A stretch of DNA of 53,083 nt from Raillietiella orientalis (taxonomy: Eukaryota), in NCBI GenBank assembly GCA_036172245.1, contig JAYWIR010000014.1, forward strand, positions 4,402,001 to 4,455,083, given 5' to 3'. Shown one piece after another: positions 49,153 through 53,083 of the stretch (the first letter of the stretch is position 1; each line of letters opens with the position of its first letter). A program made the position numbers and the translations under genes. The notes below the pieces were generated by a model, which made no database searches, had not been told where the DNA came from, and worked only from the letters and a program-made list of their open reading frames with translations.

Positions 49153-50132
49153 AACGCGTGGTGCCGCGCTCGCGGAGAGACCGCAGCCATGTGGCCTCCA
49201 AGGCGAGCGGATCTGCTGGAGCAGCCAGCATCTCCCTCGTGTTCTTCCTTTAGCAGCGCTTTTTCGCTAAGTGTGTGTGAGTGTGTGTGTGTGTTTCCTC
49301 CTGTTCAACAGTTTATTTCGAAGAAATGTAAAAAAAATAACAACTTGAAGAGAAACACTCATTCCTCCCCCCTTTTGAAAGCCCTTTCCCTCGGGGACAG
49401 TCGCTCTATCGGAAGTGCTCGAGGGTAAATCATACCAATTTGGTCCGACGATTCCATCACCGGGAGAGCGTTCCCGATCAGCCTCCAAGAGAAAGAACGC
49501 TTCGATTCGCAGCGCCTGCTCTTCGAACGTGGCGGTGCCACCGAAGAGGCCATCGCGCCATTTCGGTCGCCGTCACGCACGCAATCGGGACGTAAACACC
49601 ACATTCGCTCGTCCCTTGCATTATGCGTAGCGTCACTTTTAGCGCCTCCGGCTACGCCTCCAAAGGGTAGGAGCAGCACCTCCCGAGGATTGTTGGCTTT
49701 GTCCGCGAGCTCTCGTGTCTTGAGGGGCGAAAGCAAAAAGGAAGAAGAGGGAGAAGAAAAGAGAAAAAAAAACGGCAGCACCCAAAGGGCTGCTCCCCGA
49801 TCCGTTCGTCCGCGAACCAATGAGCGAAGGTATTTAAGCCTTCTGAAATGTGGCTCCTTCGCCCTCTTCGGGCCACCACAGCTCTTCGCGGGGGACTCTC
49901 CGCCGCCGAGCTGCACGTCCTCAAGGATCCCAGCGCCTCGCAAGCAGTTCTTCCCTCCTCCCCTCCTTTCCACACGGCGAGCTTGGAACAGGGGGGGGAG
50001 GGGGAAAGGAGGGGAGGGGGAGGTGCGCGCGGACATTTTTGTTCGACGCGAGCTGATGTCATGAAATTCAGATTTAGCGGGAACCACTCTGCAGGCCAAA
50101 CGACCACGGAATCCGGTTGCCCAAGACATTAC

Positions 50133-50215
50133 CTGCGCTGCGGAGACGTTATTTATCGGTCCGGGAGGCGTCTCCCGCCTCTCTGCCGATCGTTCGGTTT
50201 TGCGAAACATGGCCG
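50133..50215 (-). other. Putative alternative first exon, minus strand
   Basis: gcggccATG at 50210, 26 open codons (MFRKTERS...SAAQ), then strong donor CAG|GTAATG (GT at 50132). AT-rich TTTATAA lies just upstream. Confidence 0.3.
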
Positions 50216-53083
50216 CGTTATAAATTTGGAGGAGGCCGAGTTTATTTTTAGCGCCAGATGAAAGCGCGATGAAGCCAAGGATTAGGACTCACTGTCGAGC
50301 GGGCGTGTTTACGCAGCGCCAAATCTTCTCGTGTTTGTTTGTTCTTCTCCTGTTTTGACTTTTCCGTTCCCTCAGCACATAATAATATAACCGAAAAGCC
50401 GTTGGAAGCGCAAACACCAGTCACCTATGGGGGAAAACAGGCGCTGAAAATCGGAGGCGAAAAGGCCGTGGAGGTGCTTCTTCCCCCCCTCCCCTCCCTC
50501 CTACGCCCCCTGGATCGCGCGCTGCCGCCGCGGCCCGCTTGCGCTCGTCCCCACGCGGTGCGACTACCCGAGAGGGGACGGCTCGGGGAGGAACCCCTCC
50601 TCCTCCTCCTTCTCCTCCTCCTCCTCCTCCCAACTTCCGGGAGTCATCCGTCGCCTCCTTGCCCTCCTTGCGACTCCCGGCCCCTCCGTCCGCGTTGTCG
50701 CCGAAATTCAAACACGCCCCAACGATCGGCACCCGATCTTATATAATCTTCCCGTTCGTCCCCATGTGCCGTTATCGATGCATAAAAATCCGGCCTGAGA
50801 GCAGCGCGGTGGGACAGATGTGTAAACAGCGAACGCTGTAAAGATGCTGGATCCCCTTGGAACAAAGTACTTTACGAGTTCCGTAACTCGGGCGAGCTTC
50901 GACGGAGTGGAGGTCCCCATCATCGGGAGCGTCGGTGGAGTTTTGCGCTGCCGCGGAGGATGAGGATACGTGTCAAACGGGGGTAGCTGTGTTTGTGGGT
51001 CGTAACGGGACTTTTTTCCTCCGGCACTCTCCCCACTGCTTGGATTTGCCCTGCAGCGATCAAACCGGGACAGGGGCTATCCCTGTTTCGGTATCACCCG
51101 GGAAACTGCTCTTCACACACGTTTCACGTGCTCTCCCTTTGATGTTCCCAAACACGTATTCGTGGTCTGCCTTAAGACACGACAGCCTGGAAGACAAGGG
51201 CGGAAGGTTGCCGTGACGGCCTAGCCACCTGCACCTCGCACGTGTTCTTTCCCACTGAGCGCAGGCGTAGCGACCTCTGCCCGGCATCCACCAAAAAGTG
51301 GTCACGAAAAAAATGTGGTTCCGGGAAATGAGGACACCGCACGATCACCTCTTTCCACAGTCCGGATTCAGCTCTTTTGGATGCTTCGATCCAGACGATG
51401 CGGCGTTCGTTCACACTCTCCCGACCTCCGCGAATGCAGCACTGCTTGATACCCCATTCCCAGATGGCCGAGGTTACTCCGGAAGAACACCATTTTTATT
51501 GGCGGCTCATTTTGCGTCAGGAAACAGATCATCCTTGGGCTTTGCACCCGAGTCTCAGCCTGCACATGACGGTTCACCGCTTGGATGCCACTGCCGACAC
51601 TGCATGCAAAAGCACTGAATGCAGAGTTTCCTCGTGTGTGGCTCGTGAGGGAAGCTGCGAGCAGAGCGACAGCCGTGGAGGCACGCGTTCATAAGAGGCA
51701 TCCGTCAGCAAGCAGATGAATTCCGGAGAGCCGCCGGCTCGGAGACGGCTGACGGGAACCGCAGACTCCACCTTTCCCCGAGTGCTGGGCATCTGCCCCG
51801 GAGCTGGACGGTTGCGTGTGGGTGGACAATCCGTCGAGCAGCCTCTAGTCTCGCAAACCGCGCAGAATCCGGAATCGAGAGAGTCCCAAAGGTTTCCGGG
51901 TTGCTAGAGTGAATGTCGGAGGTCCTCAATGCGTCGGAGGACCCCATCGCAAGCTGCAAATCGCCCTCGTGCTGCCCTTGGAAGTTTCCCTGTTTCCCAA
52001 AGATCAGTTTCGATTGGAAATTGGCGCCGGCGTTTCAACGATTTATGACAACTTGTAGCAGGAAGCTCCAGGATCACTTAGCGCTTATGATCTGCGTTCA
52101 GTAATTCCCGCTTCTTTTGGATCTGGTCGCCTTTGCTCGCGGTTGGAAAAACCATTCCGTGCCGAATGTTCAGAATGTGCTCTGCCGTTTGCTGTTCCAA
52201 AACAGACTCGCAGCCAAAGGACAATGCATCCTGTTCTAGCGATCCGTGGGGTAGCAGCCTCCATGGTTCCGTCTCCAGACAGCCGAAGAACGGAAATGAA
52301 AACTCTCTAAGGAACTGGTAAGAGCCTTGCGATCCCGACGACCTTATCTAATCCTCGTGCATCCCGAATCGAAACAGGCAACGGAGGCTGGAGCAATGAT
52401 TTCCTGCTTTTCCCGGCCAGAAGAGAATCCTGAAGGAAGGGAGACCGATGGACAGCGAATCGGAGAGAGCGATAGGATGGACATGAACCCGCGAGGTGGT
52501 TGCAAATAGAGGGATAGAGGATAGAGCAGTGCTTCCCCAAATGGGCGATACCGTTCCCTAGTGGGCGCTGGAATGATTCAGGGGGGAGATAAGCCTCAAC
52601 TGCAATTGGGGGGCATTAAATAAAAATATGAGGGGAAAAGTGAAAGAACAAAGAAAGAGAAGTGCGAGATTTGCTTTTGGCCATTTTAGTCGTCTTTTGC
52701 AAAAACTAGGTTGAAAGTGCATCACATTATATGCAATTCTTGCTTCTGATATGACGCTGCCGTCGTTCTACCCCTTAAGACACGGGTATCTTCGTATTTT
52801 TGGAATGTTCCAGCATAAAGAAAGCCGAATAAACGATCGCTTCTTTTTCCCGACAATTTTTTGGGATCCAGTAGGCGAAATTTCTAGTGCTCAGTAGTCG
52901 TACTGCAGGTGCACCATCACCAAAGGCGAAACCATAAAGCCAATCTTCTAAGCCAAACAAAATACTCGATTCGTCACCCTACTTAAGAGTGAGCTCTTTG
53001 TTTTCTTTTTACATTCATACAAAACGAGATGCTCCACAGAACTTTCAGAATTGATTTCTCTGTTTCCTCCGCATAGTAGCATT

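Noticed and set aside
49100..49210. Intact tRNA gene
   Set aside because: Only the T-arm is present. D-arm, anticodon arm and acceptor pairing cannot be built.
51298..51618. ORF containing GRTPFLLAA, resembling an ankyrin-repeat start
   Set aside because: A single short match without the following ankyrin helix pattern, repeats or clear splice context.

Overview
Eukaryotic genomic DNA, probably an invertebrate and possibly an arthropod: CpG is not depleted, there is a TCAGTT initiator-like motif, and GT-AG splice signals, microsatellites and many long G/C homopolymers are present. Most of the window is non-coding, and almost all ORFs in the supplied track look like by-products of high GC. 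One protein-coding gene is well supported: a + strand, two-coding-exon SERTA-domain gene (31200-31332 joined to 35132-35829, 276 aa). The ORF track shows it only in pieces. On the - strand, several promoter-like/first-exon units (near 50.2k, 46.7k, 5.9k and 2.8k) and a uORF-rich internal exon (42554-42832) suggest a large multi-promoter gene running leftward out of the window, with the SERTA gene nested antisense in one of its introns. That host model is inferred from splice signals only. Other structure: a near-perfect 51-bp inverted repeat downstream of the SERTA gene, a decayed duplication in the SERTA intron, two tandem arrays (49/50 bp and 86 bp) that share a motif, several RFX X-box matches, a tRNA T-arm remnant and an AT-rich block at about 5.8-12 kb. 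No CRISPR array, rRNA, intact tRNA or recognisable transposase/reverse transcriptase was seen.
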